Positions 9,976 through 20,857 of a stretch of DNA of 64,000 nucleotides are shown piece by piece. The DNA is from an uncultured Acidobacteriota bacterium (GTDB taxonomy: Bacteria; Acidobacteriota; Thermoanaerobaculia; UBA5066; Gp7-AA6). The notes under the pieces are model-generated. The model was not told the origin of the DNA. It searched no databases and saw nothing but the letters and a program-made list of their open reading frames with translations. A program made the translations under genes and the position numbers. The stretch spans positions 94,346 to 158,345 of the forward strand of contig CAWGSA010000002.1 of the NCBI GenBank assembly GCA_963825175.1, written 5' to 3'. How positions within the stretch are numbered: the first letter of the stretch is position 1; each line of letters begins with the position of its first letter.

Positions 9976-12350
9976 CTACTTCTTGGGAGTCTTCTCCGGC
10001 TTGGGTTTTTCCTCTTTCCGCCCGCGGTCGCCGGCCTGCGGCCCTCCGGTCTTCCCTTCGGGACTCTTTGGATTGCCCCCGCGCTCGACCCGTTGGGGCT
10101 GGGACTGGACCTGGGGGCGTCCTTGAACCTCGCTCTGCGTGCGGCCCTGGGGTTCGGGAGTGACGACCTGCCGATCCCGTCCGCGCGCGCCTTGGTTGGA
10201 CGTGCCCGCGCCCGACGTGTTGGGCCGCGGCGGCGGCGTGGGCCGCTCGACGACCCGCTCGCGCGTTTGCGGCTGCGCTTCGCGAAGGACCGGCTGGTTG
10301 CCGCGGTTGGTGCTCGGCGTCGGCCGGGCGATGCGGTCGTTGCGCGGAACGACGTTCTCCTGGCGCTGAAGAGTCCGTGCCGTCGGCTGAGGCGGAGGAC
10401 CTCCCACGCCGGAGCCGCCCGGAGTCGGACGGAACTGCCGGCTCTCGACCTTGGGCTGCCGGCCCCGACCGCTGTCGTTGATCACAGGAGCGCTGGTCAC
10501 GGGGGCGCGCCCGAGGGGCGGGTTGCCCCGCTCGAGCGTCTGTGTCTTTCCCGTTTCGCCGGTCTTGGGGTTTCCACCCTGGACGGTTCCGCGCTCGATC
10601 GATGGAGGGTTGCGTCCGGTGCCGGGCGCCCCGGTCGCTCCGCGCACATTGGAGGTGATCGGCGCCGCAGAGACCGGCTGCGACGTCGTCGCGATCGGGC
10701 GTCCACGCACCGGCTGCGCGGAGACCGGCTCCATCTTCCGAGCCTGGGCTCCCGCGACCCCGGTTCGAGGAGCCAGCGTGACCCGCCCCGCTTCGGCTGT
10801 GACCGGCCGGACGTTGGTGATGGCCTGGGGTCGGCCGCGATTCTCGACGGAGATCTTCGCCGCTTGCGCCGCCGCGACCGGAGCACCCTGGTTCTCGCGG
10901 ATCACCGCGAGCTTGGATTGGAAGGTCGGCGGAGCCGGCGGCGGGGCTACGCGCGCAACGACCGCGCGCGCCATGATGGCCGCGGACGGCCGCGGAGGGG
11001 CGGGCAGGCCGGTGCGCGACGGCGACGTGGAGGGACGCCGCCGTCGGAACCATCGGAAGCGGCCCGCGCAACACGGGCGCGGCGCCGATCTGGCGAACGA
11101 CCGCCCGGTCACGCACGAAGGCTCCGGTCACGACGCCGCCGGAAACGAACGTATTCTGATTCACGACAGTGACGTAGGTGCGGTTGACGTAGGTCACATT
11201 GGTCACGTTGACCGCTCCACGACGGCCCCACCACCGGTTCAACGGATCACGCGGGCCGAGGGGGAACCATCCGACGAAGCCGCCTCCGCCCACCGCGACG
11301 GTCGCCGACCAGCCCGGCCCGCCGCCCACGAAGGCGACCAGCGCCGGCGAGTAAGTCGCGACGCGCACGGAGCGGGCCAGCGGCACCCAGTACCAGCGCG
11401 AGGAGCTCGTCACCCACCGGCCGTAGTGGTAGGGCGCCCAGCCCCAGGGCTCCGAGGAGACCCAGGTCCAGCCCCACGGGTCCTGCCAGATCCAGTGGCC
11501 GGCGCGATAGGGGACCCAGTCCGCGGCGATCGAAGCCGGGGACCACGCCCACCCGTACTGGGGCACTTGCTGCCAGCGGCCGTATTGATCCAGATCGTCG
11601 ACGCCTTCGACGTCGTTGCTCACGTACTTGAGGGACGCCGACCGGGTGATGCGGTCTTCCCGCTGCGAGACCCATTGGTCCCAGGCGTCGGCGGCACCCG
11701 AGCGCCACGACGTCGTAGCTCGGATTGTCGGTGCCCTGGATGTCGATTTCGTCGCCGGACTGCAGGGGCACCTGACCGCCTCCCGCGGCGGCCGTCGCGC
11801 TGCCGCGGCGGACGGAAAACCTGGAATTGCCGTCCTGATCGACGTCCAGGCGGTAGTCGCCCGGCTGCTCGATCGTGATCGCGGCGTTGGGTGTGTCGAT
11901 CTCGAAGACCTCGTTTTGGGCGAGCCGCCGGATCCGGAACGAGGCGACGCCGGAGTTGACCGAGAACTGGCGGGTGTCGTCGGTCAGATTGAGAGCCGCC
12001 AGATCCGTCTGTGCTCCGAGACGGATGGCGGCGCCGCCTTGCACCTGGAGCTCGAGGCGGCTTCGGTCTCCGGTGTAGACCCGGTCGCCGACGGTCACGG
12101 GGACATTGCGGTCGGCCGCCTGCCAGTTGTCCGGGTCATCGCCGCGCGCGTACGAGACGCTCCCTTCGATGTAGGAGATGCGGGCGACCGTCTGCTGGAC
12201 GTCTCCGGCGTCGCCGCTCTGGTTGCTTCCCTGGACATTTCCATATTCGTCGCGTCCCTGGGCCAGGACGAGCGAGACGGCGGCGAGCAAAAGGGCCGAG
12301 GCCACGAGGGCGATCCTTCCTCGCGGCCGGGTTCGGGCTGTGGTTCTCAT
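9976..12350 (-). CDS. exported FecR-domain protein fused to a WXXGXW-repeat region and a long low-complexity P/R/G/Q-rich C-terminal tail; reading frame broken at least twice in this sequence
   Basis: GGAGG RBS, then MRTTARTRPRGRIALVASALLLAAV (signal/TM). FecR-like domain: ISYIEGSVSYARGDDPDNW...VYTGDRSRLELQV. After a -1 shift near 11697 (CCC run) the protein continues GAADAWDQW...YGRWQQVPQYGWAWSP...HWIWQDPWGWTWVSSEPWGWAPYHYGRWV (W-x-x-G-x-W repeats). A second shift near ~11100 leads into a Pro/Arg/Gly-rich tail ending KEEKPKPEKTPKK at 9976. Confidence 0.65.
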
Positions 12351-12559
12351 ACGTTCCTCCATTCGTCGCGACCTGTTGTGTGCAACGTCCGTTCCCGCGC
12401 GGACCGCCAGGCCGGCGCAGGGGAAAAGCCTATACCTAACATCCTTTTCCTTCTTTCCCGGAAGATTCCAATTCCCCAGACAGGAGGCTGTCCGCATTCT
12501 TCGAAGACCGTTGTCCCCGGGAGAGTGCTTCTCCCCTGATCGCGGCTAGACTCGGCCGG

Positions 12560-14426
12560 GTGCGCCAGCCGTTCCGCGTCGCCTCGCCTCCGCCCAGGCC
12601 GCTCCTGGTCTTCGACGGCGACTGCGGCTTCTGCCGGCGCTGGATCGGCCGCTGGAAGATCGCCACCGGTGACCGCGTCGACTACGCCTCTTCGCAGGAA
12701 GTCGGTGCCCGATTCCCGGAGATTCCCGAGGAGGTGTTCGCGCGCGCCGTCCAGCTCGTAACGCCGGAGGGAGATGTCTTCGAGGGAGCGGAGGCGGTCT
12801 TTCTCTCCCTGGCGCTCGGAGGCGGACGCGGCAAGGCCCTGTGGTCGTACCGCCACCTGCCAGGCTTCCGCGACGCGACCGATCTGGTCTACGGTCTGAT
12901 CGCCCGCCATCGCACGGCGGGCCTTCGCGTCACGAACTTTCTGTGGGGAGGGAGCGTCGAGCCTCCGACCTTCCATCTGGCCCATTCGCTCTTCCTGCGT
13001 CTGATCGGAGTCTGTTACTTCGCCGCTTTCGTTTCGCTGTGGACCCAGGTCGACGGGTTGGTCGGATCGCACGGGATTCTTCCGATCGCGAACCTGATGG
13101 ACGCGGCCCGCTCGCAGCTCGGAGGCGCGCGGTTCGATCTCCTTCCGACGCTGTGCTGGTGGAACGGGAGCGACGCGTTTCTCCACTTCCTTTGCGCCGG
13201 AGGAACAGTGGCTCGCGCTCGCCGTCGCCGTGGGCGTCTTGCCGGTGCCGGCGCTCGTCGTGTGCTGGGTCTTCTATCTCTCCCTGTGCGGCGCGGGGCA
13301 GGACTTTCTCGAGTTCCAGTGGGACATGCTGCTGCTCGAGACGGGATTTCTGGCGATCTTCCTGGCTCCGGTCGCGAGGTGGCGGCTCCCGACCCGGCTG
13401 GAGGCTCCGTCGACCGCGCGCTGGCTCCTCCTGTGGCTCTTGTTCCGGCTGATGTTCTCTTCCGGCTTCGTCAAGCTCGCCAGCGGCGACCCCAACTGGA
13501 AGAACCTGACGGCGCTGACGTACCACTACTGGACCCAGCCGCTGCCGCCGTGGACGGCGTGGTTCATGGCTCAGGACCCGATCTGGTTTCTGAAGGCTTC
13601 CTGCCTCGTGATGTTCGCGGTCGAGCTCGGGGCGCCCTTTCTGATCGTGGCGCCGCGCCGGCTTCGGCTTTTCGGCGCCGCGGCGATGGCCGGACTTCAG
13701 GCGGTGATCGCCGCGACCGGCAACTATGCGTTCTTCAACCTGTTGACAATCGCCCTGTGCGTTCTGCTGGTGGACGACTCCGTCTTCCCGCGGAGGGCGC
13801 GGGAGCGCGCGGCCTCGGGCCCGAACCCGGCGCGGGGAAGATGGCCGCGGTGGGCGCTCCTGCCGGTCGGCGCGCTGGTGCTCCTCCTCTCCGTCGTGCA
13901 TTTTGCCGGGACGCTGCGTCTGACCGTGCCGTGGCCCGGCGCCGTGATCTCCGTCGCGCGGGCCGCTCTCCCGTTCCGGTCCGTCAACAACTATGGCCTA
14001 TTCATGGTGATGACGACATCGCGGCCGGAGATCATCCTGGAAGGGAGCGACGACGGAGCGGCCTGGAAGCCGTACGAGTTCCGCTGGAAACCGGGCGACG
14101 TGACGCGGCGGCCCCGATTCGTCGCGCCTCATCAGCCGCGCCTGGACTGGCAGATGTGGTTTGCGGCGCTCGGGACATACGACGAGCAGCCGTGGTTCGT
14201 CCCGTTCTGCGCACGTCTGCTGGAAGGCGCGCCTTCTGTGACTCGCCTTCTGGCAAAAAATCCCTTTCCGAACGCGCCGCCTCGGTACCTGCGGGCGACG
14301 GTTTACGAATACCGATTCACCAGCCGTGCCGAGCGCCGCGCGACGGGAGCGTGGTGGAAACGGGAGCAAAAGGGGCTTTATCTTCCGGTGCTCTCACGCG
14401 AGCTCCTGGAGCGGAGCCGGTCGTGA
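12560..14426 (+). CDS. DCC1-like thiol-disulfide oxidoreductase (DUF393) fused to a lipase-maturation-factor (LMF) family membrane domain; one frame disruption near 13200
   Basis: N-terminus LLVFDGDCGFCRRWIGRW...DRVDYASSQEV is the DCC motif. The LMF-like polytopic region follows (SLFLRLIGVCYFAAFVSLWTQVDGLVGSHGILP...). It continues in the adjacent frame as EEQWLALAVAVGVLP...FVKLASGDPNWKNLTALTYHYWTQPLP... and runs to the stop at 14426. Confidence 0.7.
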
Positions 14427-14474
14427 AGATCGCCTGTCAACAATATATAGCTTGTAATTCCAGGGCTCTTCTCC

Positions 14475-14909
14475 TCAAGGATTCTCACGTCGGTCTTGTT
14501 CCTTGTCCGCGGCAAGCCCGACGTCTTGAAAGCCCGCGTCGGACAGGGTGCGCATGACCGCCTTGACGGCACCGTAGGAGAGGCGTCGGTCGGCTCGAAG
14601 GACGATTTGGCGTTCGGGCTCGGCGGCGTGAAGATCCTGCACGGAGCGCCGCAGGTCCTGGGATTTGACCCAGCGGAAATCTGGTCCGAAGAGGATCTGC
14701 GGCGGCTCGTCGAACACGATCAGGATCGGGAAGGGGCTGGCGTTCCTGTCTGCCTTCTTTGGATCCTTTGTCCTGGGGAGATCCACTTTCGGGCCGTTTG
14801 TCAGGACCGGCGTCACGACCATGAAGGCGATCAACAAGACCAGGCAGACGTCGATCAGGGGAGTGATGTTGATGTCGCTCCGGAGCTGCGAACGCTGCGG
14901 TCCGACCAT
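14475..14909 (-). CDS. exbD: biopolymer transport protein ExbD/TolR
   Basis: 144 aa. MVGPQRSQLRSDINITPLIDVCLVLLIAFMVVTPV shows the typical ExbD N-terminus and single TM. A periplasmic domain follows. Confidence 0.85.
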   Translation of the reverse strand: MVGPQRSQLRSDINITPLIDVCLVLLIAFMVVTPVLTNGPKVDLPRTKDPKKADRNASPFPILIVFDEPPQILFGPDFRWVKSQDLRRSVQDLHAAEPERQIVLRADRRLSYGAVKAVMRTLSDAGFQDVGLAADKEQDRRENP

Positions 14910-15015
14910 GGAGCCTCCCTCGACGGAGAAGCGCCCGTCCTTGGAGACTTGGGAAACCGGACGCGCCTAGAAAGTTCCGAGAAACTCTCGGCGCTCCGGC
15001 TTACGCCTCACGGCG

Positions 15016-17023
15016 TCAGACCCCGAAGCGCTCCGGCTCCCATCGAAGCCCCAGCTCGTCGGGCGGGGCCATGTAGCCCAGAAGCGCCGAGGCGGCCACG
15101 ACGGCGGGGGAGGCCAGGTAGCCCTCGCCGCCGACGCCCATGCGGTTCTGCCAGTTGCGGTTGAAGGAGGTGATGGCGCGCTGTCCCTTCTTCAAGGCGT
15201 CGGGGCCCTGGCCGAAGCAGGGGCCGCACCAGGATTGGCGGATCTGGCCGCCGACGGAGCGGAAGACGTCCGCGATCGATTCACCGGAGAGCCGCGGGTC
15301 GGCGCTCTCGATCTGGCGCTTGACGCCGCCCGAGCCGGGGAAGATGGCGAAATCCTTCGCCGTCTTCTTCAAGCCCTTCTCGCGCGCGGCCTGGATCACG
15401 AGCGCCGCCGAGAGCAGATCGTCGTAGCTCCCGTTGGTGCAGGAGCCGATCATCGCCTTGTCGAACTCGATGCGCTCGCGCGCGACCTCGCCGGCGGGAA
15501 ACGCGTTGCCCGGCGAGAACGGCTTGGCGATCATCGGCGCGACGCCGTCCAGAGACCAGCTCTTCGTCGATCTCGTAGACGGCGTCGGCGCCCGGTGCGA
15601 CGAGGGGATAGGGCAGATCGGCGAATCCCTTTTCCCGATACCAGGCTTGCGTGATCTCGTCGGGCGCGAAGATGCCGTTCAACGCTTCCGCCTCGGCCAT
15701 CATGTTGGCGATCGTGTTGCGGTAGGCGATCGGGAGCTGCGCGGCGCGCGTCCACGAACTCGACGGACATCCCCTGCGACTGCTTTGCGCCCCAGCGGCG
15801 CAGGAGCTCGAGCACGATGTCCTTGCCGGAGACCCACGGCTGGAGCTTGCCGCGGAAGACGACGCGGCGCTGCCTGGCCAGGGTGAAGTAGACGTAGCCG
15901 GTCGACCAGCCGAAACCGAGCGTCGTCGAGCCGACACCGAAGCCGACCGCTCCGTACGCGCCGTAGGCCCGGCTGTGCGAGTCGGCGCCCGGAATGAACT
16001 GCCCGGGAAGAACGAGGCCCTGCTCGGGAAAGTAGAAGTGGAAGATGCCGTCGCCGGGGGTCGCGTAGTAGGGCTTTTCGATTCCGTGGCGGCGCGCGAA
16101 CTCGCGGCCGATCGAGGTCTGCTTCTCGTCGGCCTCGACGCCGGTGAAGACGAAGTGGTCGTTGGCGATCGCGATCTCGCGCGGGAAAGATCGCGTTGCC
16201 GCCGGTGATCTGGTTGAAGGTGTGGATGGCAAAGGGCGCCGTGCCGTCGGAGGCGGGGAGCAGATCGGCGAAGACGCGCAGCGTCGCGCCCGGGCGCGAC
16301 CCTGGCGTCCTTGTCCACGCGGTGGGCCCAGACGATCTGCTCGGTCGTGGTCATGCGGCGCGCGTCCTCAGGATCGGGCCACCGGATCTCCGGCGCGCGC
16401 GCGGCCGACTCGCGGAATTCCCGCCGTCCGACGGCGAAGATGCCGCCGCCGCCGCGGATCTCCTCTTCCTTGGCCGAGAGCGGAATCGGCGTGTAGCTCT
16501 TCTCCTGCGTCTCGTTGGTCAGCGCGCGGGTCGAAGGGTCGAAGGAAAAGCCGTCGCCGTCCTTCGCGTCGGCGACCGCTTCGGGCGACTGCACGACGTG
16601 GAGACCCAGGTTGAACGCGTTCCTGCGGAAGATGTCGCCCATGTTGGCGCCGCAGACGACGACGAGCTCGAGCCCGGCTTCTTCGGCGACGCCCTTCAAT
16701 CCCGCCGGGCTCATCTCGCGCGACGAGCCGATGGCGAAGCGATCGCCGGCGATCAGGAACGTCTCGCCGCGGTGCACGCGCTGCGCGGAAGTCCGGCATC
16801 AGGTAGCGGAACGCGCCGGCCTTCCAGCGCTCGTCCAGCGTACTCGAGGCTCTCGGACACGCAGTCGGCGGCCGGCGTGATCTGGTCCGTGTCGATCGCG
16901 TCGAGCTTCTTGCCGGGCGTCCTTGGGGTCCCAGATGATGAGAGCCTTGCCCCGGATGGCCGGCCGGGGTCCGCCTGCGGCCGCGTCGGAAGGCCGGGGA
17001 CCCGGCAAGTCTTCGAGCTTCAT
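15016..17023 (-). CDS. aconitase-family hydro-lyase with an N-terminal LeuD-like swivel domain followed by a LeuC/aconitase-like catalytic domain; fragmented over three frames in this sequence
   Basis: N-terminal part: GKALIIWDPKD...KKLDAIDTDQI...FLIAGDRFAIGSSRE...VVVCGANMGDIFRRNAFNLGL (swivel domain). Catalytic part: MTTTEQIVWAHRV..., GADSHSRAYGAYGAVGFGVGSTTLGFG (track ORF 15531-16232), then IGSCTNGSYDDL...WCGPCFGQG...SFNRNWQNRMGVGGEGYLASPAVVAASAL (track ORF 15016-15534). At least four frame switches are needed (~16900, ~16330, ~16240, ~15535). Confidence 0.7.
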
Positions 17024-17216
17024 TCCAGGCTTAAGCCGCGCTTTTTCAATGGAATGCAAACGGCACCTCTCGGCCGATCGTCTTCCGTCCGGCCGAGACA
17101 AGATCCTAGCTCAACCGGCAGCCGCCGCCCGGCTTTACGGCCGGCGGAGTCTGATGAAAAGAAATCATCCCATCCGGAGCCAAAGTGGAATAATCGATAC
17201 AGCTTTCTTTCAAATC

Positions 17217-17241
17217 GCTCGGGGTACCGAGCTTTTTTTTT
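17217..17241 (+). terminator. rho-independent terminator (GCTCGG-GGTA-CCGAGC stem-loop plus T9)
   Basis: Perfect 6-bp stem with a 4-nt loop, followed by nine T residues. It sits 10 nt upstream of the GGAG RBS of the small ORF at 17263. Confidence 0.6.
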
Positions 17242-17262
17242 CTCGGCGAAAGGAGAACTCCC

Positions 17263-17445
17263 ATGGGTGGTAACACTTCCACGCAAACGGTCCAGGTCCC
17301 GGAACGGGCGCCGGCCCCCAATAGTTCGGAAGTCTCGGTCGAAGTGGTTCCGGAAACAACGCGTAAGCGGACGAGATTCACGATTACTGTGACCAGGCCA
17401 GATTCCTGGCTGAGAGGCCGTGGGTTTAGAATAGACCTAAACTAA
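17263..17445 (+). CDS. small hypothetical protein (60 aa) at the edge of the low-GC island
   Basis: ATG preceded by AAAGGAGAACTCCC (a good RBS). Product MGGNTSTQTVQVPERAPAPNSS... has no recognisable family. It ends 1 nt before the start of ECF-like copy 1. Confidence 0.3.
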   Translation: MGGNTSTQTVQVPERAPAPNSSEVSVEVVPETTRKRTRFTITVTRPDSWLRGRGFRIDLN

Positions 17446-17446
17446 G

Positions 17447-18693
17447 ATGCTCTCTCGTTCGGATGGGACAATGGGAGAAGATCGAATCAGGGCTCAAACT
17501 GTCAGGTCGATTTTGGCCAACACCGCCGGTGTGGTTGAGTCGACCCTTGTCTCCTATTACGCCCTCCCGGTCGAAGAAGCGCAAAAGCTCGAAGAAGAGC
17601 TCTTCCTCTGGTTCGAGCGGCTCTCTCGTCGACCGGGTGTACCGGAGACTTTTCAAGGACTGCGAAACCACCTGATCTCGATGACTTGTAAGGTCGCTCA
17701 CGTGTATTGGGTGGGGCGCTGGATTCCGGGCTTCCCGAGAACGAGATGCTCCGACGGACTCTCGCCTTGGGCCCAGACGTCATCGCTATCGAGATCGAGA
17801 GACAAATCGAAGCCCAGGACGGACAAGGGGCGGCGTTAATGGTAGATCTGATTCGCTTTCCCGAGGCGACCGGTAGGTCGCAGAAAGAAGCCGAGGGTCT
17901 AGCCGATCAGATTCTTGCTCTCCCGGCGGAAGAGCGCGACCGGCGCTCGACCGAGCTGAATCTTGACGATCCGGAGCTGCTCCTCTGTGTTTGCGAGCGA
18001 CTCAGGGACCTCTTCGATTCGAGGCTCGTCCTCCGTCAGGGAGGAAGCCGAGTTCTTCTTCGATTCCTTTTGGAATCGCCGCGCGGGCAAATCGGTAGTT
18101 TCGACGAGCGCGATTATTTCCTGGGCGAGTTCGCCCTGATCGCGGGCACTGCCTGCCGATTCCTTCGTTAGGCGCGACGAATCGAAACGGTGGTTCGATC
18201 TGGCGGAAGCCAACTTCGTTTTAGCGCACAACGCGAGCGCACATTTTGCTCGACTCGCCTATCAGCGTCTTGCTCTTCGAATTGAAGAGCGACGAGTTCG
18301 ATGACCGTGCTCGAAGCTCGCTCCGACTTTGGCGATCCGCCTGGTTACGTCTGGAATTGCGACGACGCTCTGAAGTGTCGCTTTCTCGAGGCGATCGCCT
18401 CCTGGGAAACCGGAAAGCTGTCGCGAGGCCGCGCGAGCTCTTGAGAGCTATCCGAGCAGATGCGAAAAACTCGGCAAGGATAGACGCGGGCCCAGGCATC
18501 GAACAACGCTGCGATGGTCTATGCCTTGCTCGGGGAACAGGGACAAATCGCTCCGAGATCCCGGGAGGCGCTGCCTCTGTTCCAATCGCTTCAGGACTTC
18601 GTTGGAATCGTGAAGCTCCAGATGGGGAATGGGCAACCTCCTGCGTGGACAGGGAAACGGAGTGAGGCAGTTGCTGCCTATAAGCCTCTCTGA
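17447..18693 (+). CDS. ECF-sigma-like protein with an alpha-helical C-terminal extension, copy 1 of a tandem pair; disrupted by several frame shifts and stops in this sequence
   Basis: The N-terminal region (TAGVVESTLVSYYALPVEEAQKLEEELFLWFERLSRRPGVPETFQGLRNHLISMTCKVAHVYW) aligns with sigma-70 region 2 of copy 2. Downstream segments (LADQILALPAEERDRR...; DERDYFLGEFALIAG; FARLAYQRLAL; RFLEAIASWETGK; NAAMVYALLGEQGQIAPRSREALPLF...) are homologous to copy 2 but scattered over three frames. Confidence 0.45.
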
Positions 18694-18728
18694 GGCAGGC
18701 TGAGGATATCGGACTTCAAGGGGCTGAC

Positions 18729-18956
18729 GTGGCAGCGTTACCATCTCGTTCATTGCCGATCTCCTGCTCGAAATTGGTTCGGAGCGCTCAGGCCGAATGG
18801 GAGATCCGCGCCGCCCTGCCGATCATCGACGAAGAGCGAATGGTTCCCGAAGGTATGGCTGCATTGACGCTTCTGCGTGAGTCTTTGAAACGCCGCCAGA
18901 TCAACCGCCAGGCGCTTCGGGAGCTTCACGGGTACTTCCAGGAGCCCGCTTCTTAG
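18729..18956 (+). CDS. small conserved hypothetical ORF following ECF-like copy 1
   Basis: 75-aa ORF (..AEWEIRAALPIIDEERMVPEGMAALTLLRESLKRRQINRQALRELHGYFQEPAS). A clear homologue (..SIEEEGMLPEGMAALALLREAFRRQGRVDRQALRS) follows copy 2 at about 20700-20877. Confidence 0.4.
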   Translation: MAALPSRSLPISCSKLVRSAQAEWEIRAALPIIDEERMVPEGMAALTLLRESLKRRQINRQALRELHGYFQEPAS

Positions 18957-19043
18957 CCCTGCTAAGCCTCTCCGAATCATAAACTTCAGCCTCGCGACAA
19001 TAGGTATCAGAGACAGTCACGTGACCCGACGTCTGCGGGCGCT

Positions 19044-20462
19044 TTGGTGACGATGCCGGCCGGCCGTTTGCCCGGGTCGGGCCGGAGTACGTCCGCGGGC
19101 ATCGCCGTTTCGGCGGAGGTGCTGGAGGCGTTTCACCGGGACCTCTTCTTGCCGCTCGTCTGGCGCGCGACCTGGAGACATGGCTTGTCCAAGGAGGATG
19201 CAAGAGACGTCGTTCAGGAAGCCTTCCTCCTCGCGGTCGTGAAGATGCGCGGCGAGGGGAATCCGAGAGGATGGCTCTTTCAAGTCGTGGACAACCTCTG
19301 CGCGAACCATCAGCGAAAGACCTTCGCGGGCGCGGCTAGCGGTGAAGTGGGGCGGCGGACCGGCGGCACCCGAATCAGAACTTGATCAGGAGGCCGACGA
19401 TTAGCGAGTCAACCAACCTGGCCGCTGTCATTCCCGCGTGGTTGGAGCTTACGAAGCATGACCGAGGTCTCGCTCGGACTCGGAGTCGATGAAGCCCACA
19501 GGGAGGCAGCCGCCCTTAGAGATGCGATTGCGCGAGTGAACGTTCGTCCCCGAGAGTTCGAGCTCTCCTCCGAAGGCGCAGAGATCCTTCACGCGCTCTG
19601 TCATCTGCTCGAGCATGACGAGTCCGCCAGTCCCGAAGAGCTCCTCAGAGATTGCGAGTCGGCGTTCCGCCTTGTCGAGGCTGTTCCGTGGCCCGAGGGA
19701 CTGTTCGGAGGGAGTGTTGACGTTCTCTCTCGCTTGGCGTTCCTTTGCTGGCGAGTAGCGCGGAGGGATGAAAACCCATCGTGTGAAAACCACTGGTTCG
19801 AGACTGTTCATGTTCGCTTGAACCAGGTGACTCTCGGCGCCAGTTACTCGAACACTCTGGCCCTGCGCCCGCTGCGAATGATTTGGAGGGAATGCTAAGG
19901 ACAGCTGGGATACTGAAATCACTGATGGAAACATCTCCCCGAGACCGTAGAAGAGTGTTGCTGAGACGTGCTACGCGCAGCTCTTGACTCTCTCGTTCGA
20001 CGCGACGATGTCTGACGGGAAGAGATATCTACTGGGTGAGTTCGCGATGTTGGCCGGGGGTAGCTTCCCGACTTCTCTTCCGGCGGGACGAAGCTCAGAA
20101 GTGGTTTCGCCGATCAGGCAGTAAGTTTCGCCAAGGCGAGATGCGCCAGAGCCAATCTAGCGCGCCTCATGTATCAGCGGCTTGCTCTTGCGATTGGAGG
20201 AAAGAAGGTTTCGATGAAGTTTTGCTGGCGGGTCCTAGGCTTGTTCAGGAGCTTCATGGATCTTGGGTTTGCCCAAGAGTCTCTAAAGAGCCGTTTTCTC
20301 GAGGCGAACGCTCTCAGAGAGCTAGGGAGGTCTCAAGAGGCATTGGCAACGTTCTTCGTGATTCTCGATTCGTCGCTCGACGCCCAACATGCAACCGGCT
20401 CCATTCGAAGCGGCTCGCGCTCAGCCTCGTATAACGCCGCGATGGTCTATCGAATCTGCTAG
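19044..20462 (+). CDS. ECF-sigma-like protein with an alpha-helical (TPR-like) C-terminal extension, copy 2; disrupted by frame shifts and stops in this sequence
   Basis: Track ORF 19044-19385 carries a clear sigma-70 region 2 (FHRDLFLPLVWRATWRHGLSKEDARDVVQEAFLLAVVKMRGEGNPRGWLFQVVDNLCANHQRK). Downstream: ALRDAIARVNVRPREFELSSEGAEI (weak region-4-like), DGKRYLLGEFAMLAG, FAKARCARANLARLMYQRLALAIGGKK...RFLEANALRELGRSQEALATF...NAAMVYRIC. Confidence 0.45.
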
Positions 20463-20857
20463 GCGACGTATGAACAGGCATTATTCAGAGAGCGCGAAAG
20501 CACGTCCGCTTGTCCTCAAGAACGGCAGGACATTCAGGTGGGCCTAGCTAAGCTGTCGCTGGTTCATCGGTGAAATCTCTTCCGGGAGGGGCGCCGGATC
20601 GGCGAAGCGCTTGCGGCTCTACTCGAAAGCGTCGCTGATGCACGCCGAGGAGCACTCGGGTCTGAGAAGCGACGTTGCAGAGTCTTCATTTGAGCCTTGG
20701 CCGACGATACTTCTAGACCAAGATAGGAGAAAGGGAAGCGGCGCTCGAGGTCCGCGCTTCGTTGCCAATCGATTGAAGAGGAAGGAATGCTGCCGGAGGG
20801 TATGGCCGCACTGGCGCTCCTTCGTGAAGCATTCAGGCGACAGGGGCGAGTCGATCG

